From positions 1-64,000 of the IMG/VR virus record IMGVR_UViG_2799112248_000007: 64,000 bases of DNA. One strand, given 5' to 3'. The position numbers and the translations under genes were made by a program. Shown here in pieces: positions 21,174 through 32,693 of the stretch; position 1 is the first letter of the stretch; the number at the start of each line of letters is the position of its first letter. This stretch comes from a virus. Lineage: Duplodnaviria > Caudoviricetes. The notes under the pieces were generated by a model that saw nothing but the letters and a program-made list of their open reading frames with translations, had not been told where the DNA came from and did not search any database.

Positions 21174-22151
21174 TTATAACGTTTGTTTTAAATCGTAAGC
21201 AACTAAAGAAAGTTGTTCTACTTGCGATTCTGTCACATCTCTAAAAGTGCGACCTTTTCCTAAGTGTAGTTCCACAAGATTGTTCATTGTTTTCTTCGCA
21301 ACGTTAGCGCCTTGTTTTTCAACTAATTTAGCTGTAAGGTCTTTGATTTCAGCTTTTAAATCTTCAAACGATAGTTGTTCTTCCTCGTATAAGTTAACAC
21401 CTTTTTCAACTACTGTTTTTTGACCTTTTTCAACTTCTTCTTTTTCAATAGCGTCAGCGATTGCTTTCACTAGGGCTTCATATTCAAATTTGATAACAGG
21501 TGGTGTATGTTTGAAACGTGAACCCGCTTCAAAATGTTGTGTACCACGTAAGAATAATGCTGTTTTAGATTCACCTTCACGATCGATTGACTTAGCGTAA
21601 CCTATAATGTCAGCCATTGACAGCACGATACCACGAGGTTGTTTTGTTAATGTCGGTACTGTTTTTGAATACTCTGCGCCATCTTCTGCTGTAATCGTTT
21701 GTACTTGAGCATGTGAAATCATTACAAGACCATAACCCATCATTGGGATAGAGCGTAACACTGTATCGAACTCATCACGAACTAATTTATAGCCACCACC
21801 GTAAGGAATATCACCAATTTTATCTACGCCTTCACGTTGAAGAATGAACTTCTCGCATGAAGCATAAGATAAGTCTGCTGTATCGACAATAATAGTTTCA
21901 AATTTTTCTTTAACTTGAGCGTTTTCAAGTTGTCGTAATACCTTCTTGAAGTCAGCCCACTTAGTAACGTTTTGTGCCATAACACCCGCAAGAGCGTTAT
22001 AGCCTTTTTCAAACGCTAGTAATAAAGCTTTGGGAAATTGTGAAGCTATAGTTGTTTTACCAACCTTTGGCTCACCGTAGATTACTACTATTTTTTCACG
22101 AAGGTCACGAGAAATTTGATGCGGTTGAATAGCTAGTAAGTCGATTGTCAT
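21174..22151 (-). CDS. AAA_24/Sak4-like recombination ATPase (YorG-like)
   Basis: YGEPKVGKTT, IIVDT, ISHA, EAGSRF. Confidence 0.85.
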   Translation of the reverse strand: MTIDLLAIQPHQISRDLREKIVVIYGEPKVGKTTIASQFPKALLLAFEKGYNALAGVMAQNVTKWADFKKVLRQLENAQVKEKFETIIVDTADLSYASCEKFILQREGVDKIGDIPYGGGYKLVRDEFDTVLRSIPMMGYGLVMISHAQVQTITAEDGAEYSKTVPTLTKQPRGIVLSMADIIGYAKSIDREGESKTALFLRGTQHFEAGSRFKHTPPVIKFEYEALVKAIADAIEKEEVEKGQKTVVEKGVNLYEEEQLSFEDLKAEIKDLTAKLVEKQGANVAKKTMNNLVELHLGKGRTFRDVTESQVEQLSLVAYDLKQTL

Positions 22152-22288
22152 TGTTTAACTCTCCATTTTCTGTTAAAATTTATTCAATAGAAGAAGGTTA
22201 TAAACCGCCTATTCAGAAAAGAAAGTGGCGATTGTCAACCTTCTTTTAATTCCCTAAATCTAAGATATTATTACATCACTTAAAAGAA

Positions 22289-23269
22289 TCAGTCTTCACC
22301 AAATAAATCATCTAAACCATCATCTTGTTTTTCATTTTTTTTAGCATTTGTTGGTTGAAAACCATTACCGAAGCCTGCTGTTGGTTTTGGCTTATCATCA
22401 GTTTTCTCTTTCTCTTTTAGTGCTGATAAATGACGCTCACGATTAGCTAATGCTTCTTTAAGAAGTGAAATGTCGAATACTTCTTTGTGAACACCTTCCT
22501 CGTATAATGTACCGCCTGTTGCGATAAACTCACGAGTACGCTCATAAGTTACGTCAGTTTTGTTTTCCCCAAAACCTGATTCAATTACACGTTCGATTTT
22601 TTTAGACTTGTTAACTAAATCACCGTAAATACGCACAGAAGCACGAGATTGGAAGTTGTCAGTTAAGTAGTCTTTACCGCCTTGTGGCAATGTTTCACCT
22701 GTTACAAATGTTAATGGAATTATTTTCCCACCATACAAAGGAACGTAAAGCTGAATTTTTAATCGACCTGTTTCATTTTCGTCTTTATCTGTTTCGGCTT
22801 TAAGTGATTTCACGATTCCCTCAATATCAAACTTAGCTTTTGGATTGAAATCTTTTGCTTCGCCTTTGTAGCGAGTAGGTGAATATCGACCACTAATTTT
22901 AGGGAATGATTTAACTTCTCCATCATTGCCTTTGTACTCATTTAGAGTTAATTTACCTTGACATTCAATACGTGAAGGCTCACCTTCTGATACTCCTTGA
23001 GCAATGTCAGCAACAGTAACTAGTTCATTCATGATAGTAGTTAAGGCTTTATAGTTTTTGTTTACTTCGCCTTTTTGTGTAAGCTCTTTTGCGAAGTAAG
23101 ACACAACTTGAGTTTCTTCCTCACTGATTTTAACAGTAATGTCACCGCTTATACATGTATAAGGCTTACCTATATTGTCTTTGAACTCTTTCTTTTCGAG
23201 TGTTGATTCTTGAGCGTAACCAACTATCTCAATTTTGTTTAATGCTTCTCGTAATAATTGTTCTGCCAT
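22289..23269 (-). CDS. Putative ssDNA-binding protein (YorF-like)
   Basis: Beta-rich, acidic C-terminal tail DDGLDDLFGED; synteny with Sak4. Confidence 0.65.
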   Translation of the reverse strand: MAEQLLREALNKIEIVGYAQESTLEKKEFKDNIGKPYTCISGDITVKISEEETQVVSYFAKELTQKGEVNKNYKALTTIMNELVTVADIAQGVSEGEPSRIECQGKLTLNEYKGNDGEVKSFPKISGRYSPTRYKGEAKDFNPKAKFDIEGIVKSLKAETDKDENETGRLKIQLYVPLYGGKIIPLTFVTGETLPQGGKDYLTDNFQSRASVRIYGDLVNKSKKIERVIESGFGENKTDVTYERTREFIATGGTLYEEGVHKEVFDISLLKEALANRERHLSALKEKEKTDDKPKPTAGFGNGFQPTNAKKNEKQDDGLDDLFGED

Positions 23270-23418
23270 TTCACAATCCCCTAACTTTAAAATTTATTAT
23301 GCTTTTAGTAAAATACAAACTAGCTACCAATAGATACTTCATCATTATATTATTATGTTATTTTTATAAAGTGATTTTAATAACCCTTTGATAAATTATT
23401 ATGTTTATCAATTTATTA

Positions 23419-23949
23419 TTATTTTGGCTTTATCATTTTGCTCAGTACCTCTTGCTCGTATTTCTGTAATCCAGCGTGATTATACATGTTGTACGCCATA
23501 CGAGCCATAATGTATGCGTCACGCACGTTATCTGAATGGTGTTCATATCCCCACTTCTTATACAGTGGTAGCACTAAATCTTCCTTCTTTGCGTTCCCTA
23601 TGTTGCTTGCAAACTTTTTCACCTGACTTGGCGTAGCGTCAGTATAACCGAACTTTTCAGTGAAAAGCATAGCTCTAATTAACCAACCTAGTCCATATTG
23701 GAAGTCTACTGCTTTACCCTTAGCACCGTAAGCAAAACCTTCAATAACAACTTTGTCATTTGGTTGCAAGTACGATTTAATTTGTTTTGCTATTCCAATC
23801 ATTCTAGCAGGGTCTTTTGTAGCTGTAGCTCGAATTTCTTCTTCTACAACTACCTCACCATTAGAATCAAGAATAACAAAACCTGTTTTAGTTGATGGGT
23901 CAATGCCCACGAACCTGATACTTTCTTTAGTCAAATTCCTTTTCTCCAA
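23419..23949 (-). CDS. ruvC: RuvC-like Holliday junction resolvase
   Basis: FVGIDPS, VVIEG, PSQVKKFA..GNAKK, DNVRDA. Confidence 0.85.
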   Translation of the reverse strand: MEKRNLTKESIRFVGIDPSTKTGFVILDSNGEVVVEEEIRATATKDPARMIGIAKQIKSYLQPNDKVVIEGFAYGAKGKAVDFQYGLGWLIRAMLFTEKFGYTDATPSQVKKFASNIGNAKKEDLVLPLYKKWGYEHHSDNVRDAYIMARMAYNMYNHAGLQKYEQEVLSKMIKPK

Positions 23950-24204
23950 TCAATTCCAAAATGTGTCATTTAAGATTTCCATTTCCCTTTCGATTGTTAC
24001 AAGTTCCTCTGACTTCATAACTTTTGAGCTAACCTCTCTTATGCTAATTACTTTGTCATACATGATTTCATATGACTCAAGGTGTGTTCAGACAGTTTCA
24101 ATATGCTTATCAAGTAATTTTGACACTGTGAAACACTGCTTGATAGTTGCGTTTTGAAACTCCAATAGTTCTTTACTACTTCTCAAGTGAACCTTATAGT
24201 TCAT
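23950..24204 (-). pseudogene. Hypothetical gene interrupted by one in-frame TGA (24088-24090)
   Basis: MNYKVHLRSSKELLEFQ..HIETV*THLESYE..DTFWN*, ending flush with ruvC. Confidence 0.55.
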
Positions 24205-24482
24205 ATCATAGATAAGAAAAATACATTTGTTATTATATATTATTTTATGGTTTTACCAAATGAAATGTCTAAAATTTTAAAATTCTAGATTATTCAACTT
24301 CAAATAAATTGTCTACTCGTTTTGGGAGACAATACTATAAACATATCTCTTTTTATAGTTAGAACAACAATCATTATAAATACAGAGCCCACTCTATCAT
24401 TATTAGTGACACTTTTGGGTGAGTATAAAAGAAGTTATACCTCACTTTCTGAGTAACCCACCGCTCTATCTACAAACAAATT

Positions 24483-24501
24483 ATATAATTATATTACTTT
24501 T
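24483..24501 (-). promoter_or_regulatory. 19-bp motif, exact copy
   Basis: 3 nt after the stop codon of the Rep-like gene. Confidence 0.75.
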
Positions 24502-24504
24502 AAA

Positions 24505-25290
24505 TCAACTTAAAAATGAAGACCACATACCACCTGTTGCACGTTGTTTAAGCCATATAGTCTTTGTTGTAGCCTTGATAGCATGGAACAACAGACCATA
24601 TAATGAATCGGCTTTACCTCGTTTATAGGCATTTATAACACTTAGAATACATTGGTAGTATTCATTTGAGTAATCTTCAATTTGAATAGCTTTATCAACT
24701 TTAGATTTAGCTTTATAAATAGTTCCTGCTAATTTATAAATTTCATCTGCGTCAAAGAAAGGGGCTAATACTCGTTGTAATGTTTCAGGTAATTTCTTTA
24801 CTAATCCTTTTTTAATTAAAGATTCCTTATCAGCTTCTTTTAAAGAAAGACCCTCTTTTTCTGTATCATTTGTTTTATTAATATTTTGAGTATTGATAAG
24901 AGTATCTTCGGGTGGACATTTGGGTTGGACATTTTCTTTGGCTGGTTGAATTACAATGATATTACTGCTTTGTCGCTTGTCACCTGTAGCTCGTTTTGTT
25001 TTAAACTTCTTCACAACGTTCAATTCTACTAATTTAGAAATAGATCTTTGAACCGTTTTATAGCTTATTTCTAGGCTCTCCGCGATTCTTTTCTGACAAA
25101 GGTAGCTCACCCCTACATACTTGCAAGACCACTGTGAAATGAAGTCTAGGACAGCATATGTTGATTTAGTTAATTGCTCCTTATTTAAGCGTTTATGCGC
25201 CATTACGGCTTTATTCATTTCCTCTATGGATGGGAATAATTGTAAAGACTCATATGTATCTTGTGTGTGTTGTAGTGTAATTATTGTCAT
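24505..25290 (-). CDS. HTH replication-initiator-like protein
   Basis: GVSYLCQKRIAESLEISYKTVQRSISKLVEL winged HTH; low-complexity linker with a short direct repeat. Confidence 0.65.
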   Translation of the reverse strand: MTIITLQHTQDTYESLQLFPSIEEMNKAVMAHKRLNKEQLTKSTYAVLDFISQWSCKYVGVSYLCQKRIAESLEISYKTVQRSISKLVELNVVKKFKTKRATGDKRQSSNIIVIQPAKENVQPKCPPEDTLINTQNINKTNDTEKEGLSLKEADKESLIKKGLVKKLPETLQRVLAPFFDADEIYKLAGTIYKAKSKVDKAIQIEDYSNEYYQCILSVINAYKRGKADSLYGLLFHAIKATTKTIWLKQRATGGMWSSFLS

Positions 25291-25399
25291 GTTGAATAGC
25301 CCCTAATCATCTATTAATTAAAAGGGTAGGAAAGCCCACCTTTAATGAATCTCCTTTTTAGTGAAACTACCACCTTTTACTTCTGCAACGACTTGATTA

Positions 25400-26280
25400 C
25401 TGTTTTAATTTTAATCTCTTCCATTCTAGTGATTACACAAGTTAACATCTGCATTGATTCATTTGAGTAGCCACCACAAATTTCTGATAAAGTTACGTTC
25501 GTCCTAAACGAGCTCGATAACCTAAAGTCCGTTTACCAAAGTAGTGTTGAGCAGGAGTCCAAAGACCAAATGCTCAAAAGAATGTTAATAATACCCATGC
25601 TGTAAGAATCATATTCACTGTTCCATGCTCTCTAATAACCTCAACACTTGAGCCACAGCTAATAGGAAAAGGCTTTTTAACGTATGAGCTATTATCTAAG
25701 TTGAATGGGAATTAGTGCGTTGTATGTTGGTGTTACAATCAACTTGGGCGTATCCCCAAACATCTTGACTGATAATTGAAATTAGCCTTTGTTTTGGTAC
25801 ACTTTCACTTTCTGCATTTTCATCTTTTATGATTTCATTATTCAAAAAGAATATTTCCTATACTAAGAGTGGTGTAATGTTGTTTAATTCAATTTTCTTT
25901 GATCATTATTAGTAACAAGGAAGTCAAAGCTACTTAACACTGTATCAAAGCTCAAGTAATCTAATTTAAGGAAGTGGACTAGCCATATTAGGATAACTTG
26001 CTTTACTATTTAATCTTGATTTAGTTTGGAACATACTCCTTAACCTATAACTTCTCAGAAGCGTATTTGATTTCCTCAATACGCTCCTTTGGCATAGTTA
26101 AAGCTTTATATATGCCATACTCAAGTTCAGGTAGCTCAAAGAAGAAGCCGGAAAGCTCTAAAAGAACAACTTTCTACGCTCGTAATACTTAGCTACCACC
26201 CTTCTAGGAACTTGCGTTAGTTTTAAGGCTATTATTTGTTGTATTGTTTAACTTGTAATCAGTTAAGCTAGTCATAGCGT
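25400..26280 (-). pseudogene. Decayed coding DNA of unidentified genes
   Basis: Coding-like composition with frequent stops; no ORF of 60 aa or more. Confidence 0.45.
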
Positions 26281-26481
26281 TATGAGAGCTATATGTATAA
26301 TCATTTAAGAAAAGGGACAAAGCTTGTACCTCTTTACCCACTCTTTTTCATTTGGTCACCTAATATTTATGTTGTATTAGGATCACTCGTAAACCAGCAA
26401 GTTCGTTGTCAAAACCCTTCTCCTGCTATGCGTGCATACTTCATCTTTTTACTCGTCAATTATTCTTCTTATTCCATCATA

Positions 26482-26500
26482 ATATAATTATATTACTTTT
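26482..26500 (-). promoter_or_regulatory. 19-bp motif, exact copy
   Basis: ATATAATTATATTACTTTT on + strand, within decayed DNA. Confidence 0.75.
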
Positions 26501-26757
26501 AAATATTAAAATAAAAACATTACATGTCATTATATTTTTTATAAAATGAAAAATCAATACATTTTTTAATAGTTTATTCAAACCAATCTTTTTCTATTTT
26601 TCTAATTCCCAACTAATCTTAGTGGATTTACGATTAATAGCACTTATGATTTTCTTAATATTTTTTACTAGGCTTCACATTGCACAAGCCTACCATTTAT
26701 ATACATCATCTTCTGTTGGTATTGAGTAATCCAATAGAACATCTATTGCTATACCTA

Positions 26758-27225
26758 TCAATGCTCTCCATTAAACGCATACACTGTTTCATCTTCCATA
26801 TGTGGTTCTGAAATTTTTTCAGTATTCATATAAAAATCTTCAAATAAATATTTATAAGATATTATATCATTACTTATATTGTAGCTTTCTTGAAGTTGAT
26901 TTACAATCTCTTCTCTTTTATTTGCTAGAGCTCTTTTTGTTTTACTTCTTAGATTGCTCTGCTCTAGTTCATAGGCTATCTTTATTGCCCTTGACTTGAC
27001 CACTAGTTGTTTAAAATAAAAGCAATTGACTGCTTCTCCTAAAAAGTTGTTGACTTGTTTTCCATATATCACTATTTCATTTATTAAAGATTGAAATTGA
27101 CTCTCAGTGTAATTAAAACCACAATTAGTTATTATCATTTTTTTAATATATTCTTCAATTTCTTCATCTATCAAGTCTTTCTGATAGCTATGAAGACTTT
27201 CATATAAAAACATCATCTTATCCAT
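26758..27225 (-). CDS. Hypothetical protein
   Basis: 155-aa ORF on the arm strand with an AAAGGT RBS. Confidence 0.55.
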   Translation of the reverse strand: MDKMMFLYESLHSYQKDLIDEEIEEYIKKMIITNCGFNYTESQFQSLINEIVIYGKQVNNFLGEAVNCFYFKQLVVKSRAIKIAYELEQSNLRSKTKRALANKREEIVNQLQESYNISNDIISYKYLFEDFYMNTEKISEPHMEDETVYAFNGEH

Positions 27226-27648
27226 TACCTTTCATTTCTTTCTTATATAAGGGTTCTAGGCATAGACGTGGTAGTCCGTTCACAAGTCTATCCCTAGTAA
27301 CACCTATATAGCTTATGACTTTTAGCTCACTGTTTGTGTTGTGTTGCATATAGGTCATATAAATTGATAGAAACTAATATTTCCGATCTGAAACGGATAC
27401 TCTAAGAATCTAATCATTACTAATACACACAAAACCGAATGTATGTTCTATTTAAAGCAATTTTTTTGCCATTACCTTTAACTTCAACTGTGTAGCTTAC
27501 AGATAAGTTGTTGATAATAGCAGTTTCTAGTTTCTTTTTATTACGTTGTTTTTTGTTTGTTGTCCTATCCTTCGCAAGTAAAATTGCTATTTTATCAGAA
27601 ATGTAGTCAGCACTTCTGAGTAGTTTAAACCGATTTTTGTGAAAACAA

Positions 27649-27691
27649 AAAAATACCTCACACAACATTTCTGTTAGTGCAAGGTATTTTT
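27649..27691. terminator. Possible bidirectional terminator
   Basis: AAAAATACCT..AGGTATTTTT imperfect inverted repeat. Confidence 0.5.
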
Positions 27692-28247
27692 AGAAAATAA
27701 GATAAACACACTTCTGTTACAATACCTTGTACTATGTTTTGGCCAATATGAAATTGATATGAATAACGTCTGAAAAACTTTATCGATGTTACATTGGTGT
27801 GTTTGATTTCAACACCCTCAACTTATGTAGGTGTACTTCCACTCCAACTTTTAAAAAGCCCCGTCTTAAAATGAAATGAGTTCGTTATTACATAAGGGTT
27901 ATTTTAAGATATTTTATTCACTTCAGTTTGAGGTGCTGTTTAATTTCAACTTGCAACCAATGTACATAAGCATAGTACGAAAACATACCACTTAGAATGA
28001 ATTTTAGATGGTCTAAATGTTTATCGCTATTTTGTTTATCATAATGGCAACCCACTCAAAAATAACTGATTTAAAGCTCTTAATCTTCAAATGATTCTTA
28101 AGTACTATTCTAGTACCCTTGTATACAAAATGATTGTATCGGCTATAATAGAATTTTTCTGTGATACACAATTAGTGTTAAAAACACCAACCACTTTCAT
28201 AAATCATAAAATGATCGACTTACTATAAAGGTTGATTAGTCATTTTG

Positions 28248-28643
28248 CTACTTTTTTTGGCAAGCTAAATCGAGCAACGCTTCAAGTGTTTTTGGATTGT
28301 ATAAGATAGTGTCCATGTCAGACAGTTCCACTACTTCAATAACACTCAATGACTCAAGAGACTTAAACTCAAAAAGTTCGCCATTATCACTTTCAAAATG
28401 AACACTTTGTAAATTTTCAAATACTTCTTTTTCTTCTTTAAAAGCTTTCATGTCTCCAAAAATCAAGTCAACATAGAACTCGCCATTGTCTTGTTCTCTA
28501 TTTTCAATTGGATAACTATGGAATTTTCCCTCTGTAGTTAATAAAATAAGCATTTGAGCATATTCAAATTGCTCCATCAACTCGTCAAATTTCTTACTTG
28601 CATGTGTTTTCATCATTAATCGAATACTAATAGGATGTGCCAT
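28248..28643 (-). CDS. Acidic hypothetical protein
   Basis: 131-aa ORF with a GGGGGA RBS, downstream of a motif copy. Confidence 0.65.
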   Translation of the reverse strand: MAHPISIRLMMKTHASKKFDELMEQFEYAQMLILLTTEGKFHSYPIENREQDNGEFYVDLIFGDMKAFKEEKEVFENLQSVHFESDNGELFEFKSLESLSVIEVVELSDMDTILYNPKTLEALLDLACQKK

Positions 28644-28949
28644 TGTTTAGTTTTTCCCCCAACGATATGTTTTATTTTCTCTTTTGAAGGTATATGTAAC
28701 TATTACTAGAAACGCTTGCCCTATTAGTTACTTTTGACAACATAGTCAATTATAACATCTTGATAGAACATAAACAAGGGCTTCTGTGTCAAAAAGCTAT
28801 ACTAGTAGTAGTCATTTTATCACATATACGCTTGTCGATCCTTAAATATTATTATATTACTTATATAAACATTTAACAACCGACAACCAAATATGTTAAA
28901 ATTAATAACCGATCGTCGTTTAAGGTGTAGTGATAATTTAATATCAATG

Positions 28950-28986
28950 TTTTAGTGACACTGTGGAAGCACAATGCCACTAAAAA
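28950..28986 (-). terminator. Terminator of the yopQ-mrpR-like operon
   Basis: TTTTAGTGACACTGTG-GAAG-CACAATGCCACTAAAA hairpin just after the stop codon. Confidence 0.65.
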
Positions 28987-28993
28987 GAATGTA

Positions 28994-30016
28994 TCAATCA
29001 GAATATTCAACACCCTCTAGCTCACTATATAGTTTCCCTAATTGCTCATTAAATATTTTTCTTTTTAAGTCAGTAATATTTCTATAATAGTCTTTCCCAT
29101 TTGATGTTGCCATAATTGTATCGTAATGCTCTCCAATAGTTAAAAGCTCTGTTTTTCCCAGCTTTCCACTTTGTTTGAACAAAGTATATGCCATATACAT
29201 CATACCACTTTGAACAATGTCTTCCGCAGTTAAATAGACATTACCAAAGAACTCTTTAAAGAATACAAACTTTCTAGTGATAAAATGTCTGTCTAATACA
29301 TTACCACCCTGTCTTCCTTTTTTTGCTTTCTTAAAAATATATTCATATTCATTAAAAGGGGTCTCTATGATTTCATCTTGATTGTTTGTTCTATATGCTG
29401 TTTGTTTATCTGCCAAAATAAGTAATTTATAAAGATCTTCGCTTATTATTACTCGTCTAAATTCTTTAGTTCCTTCGTCATATACGTCTGCAACATAGTA
29501 GTCTTCTGAGCCTTTTTCCTCTATCACATGAAGATTTTCTTTTTTTAATGTTAATAATTCACTAAATGATTTACCTTTGATTCCCTCAAATAAAGCTAGT
29601 AACAATGCTTGGTCAGTGTAGTTATTTAATTCATCTAACATGAACATTAATTCCTCTTTGCTGTAGCGCTTGTTTTTCTCCTTTGCTACTACCTCACTTG
29701 CAAGCTCTGAATAGCTTTCAAACTCATAGAATGGGCTTGTAGTTGTCATATAATCAATATATCGTTTATAAGTATTAATATGATTGATAGCACTTGTTAT
29801 TGTTGAACACTCAGCGCTTAATAACATTTCTTTTATTTCTGCCCCTGTCATTTCTGACATATCTTTATTTGCTTGAAATTCAAAAGGTGCTACTTTTAGA
29901 AATTGCCAATAAATTGTTAACTGACTATCAACTGATTCATATTGATTAATAAATGCCTTTTTTTCTTCACCGTTATATAATTTATCAAATTTTAAAACAT
30001 TGTTTTGAATTGTCAT
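28994..30016 (-). CDS. mrpR: SPbeta master-repressor-like protein (tyrosine-recombinase fold, MrpR/YopR/SroF)
   Basis: LNNYTDQALLLALFEGIKGKSFSELLTL and FF..YLTAEDIVQSGMMYMAY resemble YopR; lacks the canonical R..HxxR set; directly downstream of a YopQ-like gene. Confidence 0.8.
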   Translation of the reverse strand: MTIQNNVLKFDKLYNGEEKKAFINQYESVDSQLTIYWQFLKVAPFEFQANKDMSEMTGAEIKEMLLSAECSTITSAINHINTYKRYIDYMTTTSPFYEFESYSELASEVVAKEKNKRYSKEELMFMLDELNNYTDQALLLALFEGIKGKSFSELLTLKKENLHVIEEKGSEDYYVADVYDEGTKEFRRVIISEDLYKLLILADKQTAYRTNNQDEIIETPFNEYEYIFKKAKKGRQGGNVLDRHFITRKFVFFKEFFGNVYLTAEDIVQSGMMYMAYTLFKQSGKLGKTELLTIGEHYDTIMATSNGKDYYRNITDLKRKIFNEQLGKLYSELEGVEYSD

Positions 30017-30019
30017 TAT

Positions 30020-31333
30020 CTATTTCCCCTTTAGCTCAATATCATCAAATAGTTTTATTATGGATTTTTCAATTTTATTAGCCACCTTACCGTTTACAAC
30101 TATTCCATAGTCTTTAAAAATCTTATTTTCCCTATTGAAGTCTATACCACTCAAAATATGATTGAGGTTGCTTAAAGGTATGTTTTGTTCTTTCATTCGC
30201 TTTGCTAATTTTATGTGTCCTATGAACATCTTGTTATAAAACATTAAGTTACCATTGTCTAGTTGTTCTAAATCTTCTTGGAAGTAGCCAAATAAGTAAG
30301 TAAAGTACTCTGATAAATAATTATAAATTCCAAGTGCTTCGAGTTTATTTTTCATTTCAAAAGTACTGTCAATTGCATTGGATATTACAGCGTAGCTCAC
30401 TAGTTCATTGGTGCCTTTTCCTAGTCTGTCTCTAGACGTTATTCTATCCTTCAATTCGCTATCTATGCGCAATTGTTGAACTACAAAGTCAGCGTATCTA
30501 CTTGCTTCAAGTTCCTGTATTCTGCTCTTAGGAATAGGGTTAGCTTTTGCTAGTTGGCTCTGATAGTTCTGAGCCTGTTTCGTTGTGAAATTAAAAAGAA
30601 GTCCAATAAAATTAAAATCCAAATCTTTATTCACTGAGTAAGCTCTTAAACAAGAAATCGTTCTGTGCATACCATCTAATATATCTAAACGTGTTCCGTC
30701 TGTTATTGTTAGAGTTCTTTCTTTGCTATTATAGATTAATTCTTCACTCTCATTAGAACTACCTAGACTGGCATTATACACAATATTTGTAGGAACTAAC
30801 GTACCGTTTAATAAGTGCTTAGTAATTTCTTTGACACTATTTTGATTGATAAAAGGGGCTTTGATAACTCTTTCTTTCCTTTTGACAAATTTTGGTTGCC
30901 TTTGAACTTCAAAATTATAATTCAGTTTATTACTATTATACAGTCTTGCTATGAGTTTATAATCAATTGGAAAAACATAACTACTTTGACCAATCATTGT
31001 TACATCATGTATCACAATTGGATAATCTATATAATCATTTTGCTTCGTGTTATAAAAAACTCTAATATCGTTCAATTCATTTTTATTAAATGTTTTTTTA
31101 AGGTCAAGACTCTCAATACCAAATTTTAAAAATATTTGTTCACCTATTAGTGCTATTACCCTTATATCTATTTCATCAAGTGTGTCAATATCATTAAAGT
31201 ATCTTTGAAGCTCCCCTTTATTAATACCATATATCGCTAATTGACTTTCTACTTCCCTTCTAGTTTTATTATTTTCATGTATTTTATGAATGTTATCTTT
31301 AACTGATTGGATAAAGTCATTGTAAGCACTCAC
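30020..31333 (-). CDS. yopQ: DGQHR/DndB-like domain protein (YopQ-like)
   Basis: YNFEVQR, ILDGMHR; synteny with mrpR. Confidence 0.78.
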   Translation of the reverse strand: MSAYNDFIQSVKDNIHKIHENNKTRREVESQLAIYGINKGELQRYFNDIDTLDEIDIRVIALIGEQIFLKFGIESLDLKKTFNKNELNDIRVFYNTKQNDYIDYPIVIHDVTMIGQSSYVFPIDYKLIARLYNSNKLNYNFEVQRQPKFVKRKERVIKAPFINQNSVKEITKHLLNGTLVPTNIVYNASLGSSNESEELIYNSKERTLTITDGTRLDILDGMHRTISCLRAYSVNKDLDFNFIGLLFNFTTKQAQNYQSQLAKANPIPKSRIQELEASRYADFVVQQLRIDSELKDRITSRDRLGKGTNELVSYAVISNAIDSTFEMKNKLEALGIYNYLSEYFTYLFGYFQEDLEQLDNGNLMFYNKMFIGHIKLAKRMKEQNIPLSNLNHILSGIDFNRENKIFKDYGIVVNGKVANKIEKSIIKLFDDIELKGK

Positions 31334-31439
31334 AACAATATGTCTCCCTTCATGCTATATAATGCATTTCTAAAAACTATTATATCATAACATATTATTA
31401 AGTTACTCACAATAACTATTTCTAATTAGAATGGGCTAG

Positions 31440-32693
31440 ATTACGCTTATTTTGAATCTTCTTAACTTATTTTTTCAGTTCATTTTTAATCACCTTTCCC
31501 TATTCCACTCACTAAATTATATTCAGATTTACAACATCTCAGTCGCCCCTCCAACTTCATTACCATTAATGTAAATATATAACTTTGATAAAATTTTGAT
31601 TTTTTTAGTCAACATAAACCTTTCAGTATAATTTACAGTAGTCGAAAACCTATTTTTTCTATATTTACTGTATCTTTAGGAAGTTTGGTTATAAGCGCTA
31701 ATTCTGTAAATTCTTTTTCGAGAAACTTCTTTTATCGCTGTTATATATGTTAGCTGTTATGATTGAATAATGTCTACCAAAAACAATATCAAAGAAATTT
31801 GATATGTCTATTAAATTGTTCCTATTAAGTATTTTCTTTTCTCTGCTCCTGTTATTTTAAGAAATTGTTCAATTGAAATGCTAATGTTAGCATTCTAATA
31901 ATATTTGCAACTACCATATAAACAAACAATCGAAAATATTATTATATAACTTTAAAATCTACTATATTTTTGATATGAAAGTTATTTAATAATGTTGTTT
32001 CTTCAAAAGTTTTTTGATTCGTACCTTAAAATCTGAGTTACAACCACATTCGCAATTTTCATCACCTTCTATATATATTTCTAATCGGGCATTATTTACC
32101 ACAATTTCAGCATTAATAAAAATTCTTGTTGTGGAGATGGTTCTTGTGCGTATATGTTTGTAACCAAACTTTTCTCAAATTCAGTGTAGTATATACTAAC
32201 AGCTTACCTAGCATTTTCACTTAGTATTTTAGATATCCTTAAATATAGAACCCATCAAAACCAATCTAAGGACAAAACACACAGCGAGTAAAATCAAATA
32301 TATTAATCGAAAGTAAATCATCCCTAGAATATGCCTTATACCCTCACGAATTTATTGAAAAGCGGTCTCTTACACACATAGCGACTATTAAACTTAGCAA
32401 AAATCTTGTGCTACTTCATAGCCAAGGTATGACAAAGTTGTAACTTCGCTTCACCTCATGTTGCTGATCGGAAAATCACGAGTAGTAGATGTTAAACCTA
32501 GTATCTAATAACCCCTTTTTCTTGCTTATATAAGCCATCCGCTTCTCTGTTTGATTTACAACTAAAACCGAATTTCTTGTGCCTATTTTCTTTAAATTTC
32601 CCTGTTGCTAGTAGTTCATCAAACAATTCAAAAGTGTTAATATCTAGGTTTTAGAAGTTGTTAAACAAGTCTTTATCTATTTGTATAAATCAT
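31440..32693 (-). pseudogene. Decayed gene remnants between recD2 and yopQ
   Basis: GGAGA RBS + ATG at 32693 followed by multiple stops; no long ORF over 1.3 kb. Confidence 0.5.

Noticed and set aside
23950-24204. Stop-codon recoding (TGA readthrough)
   Set aside because: TGA, TAA and TAG all terminate intact genes, and other remnants show mixed stops and frameshifts, so decay is the simpler explanation
26293-27668. ORFs 26293-26487 (+) and 27420-27668 (-)
   Set aside because: No RBS, and they overlap a motif copy, a terminator or a putative SOS box; likely spurious
28994-30016. Prophage integrase
   Set aside because: Lacks the canonical catalytic R..HxxR residues and resembles the repressor MrpR
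30020-31333. Dnd phosphorothioation system
   Set aside because: Only a DGQHR/DndB-like domain without dndACDE; context matches SPbeta yopQ
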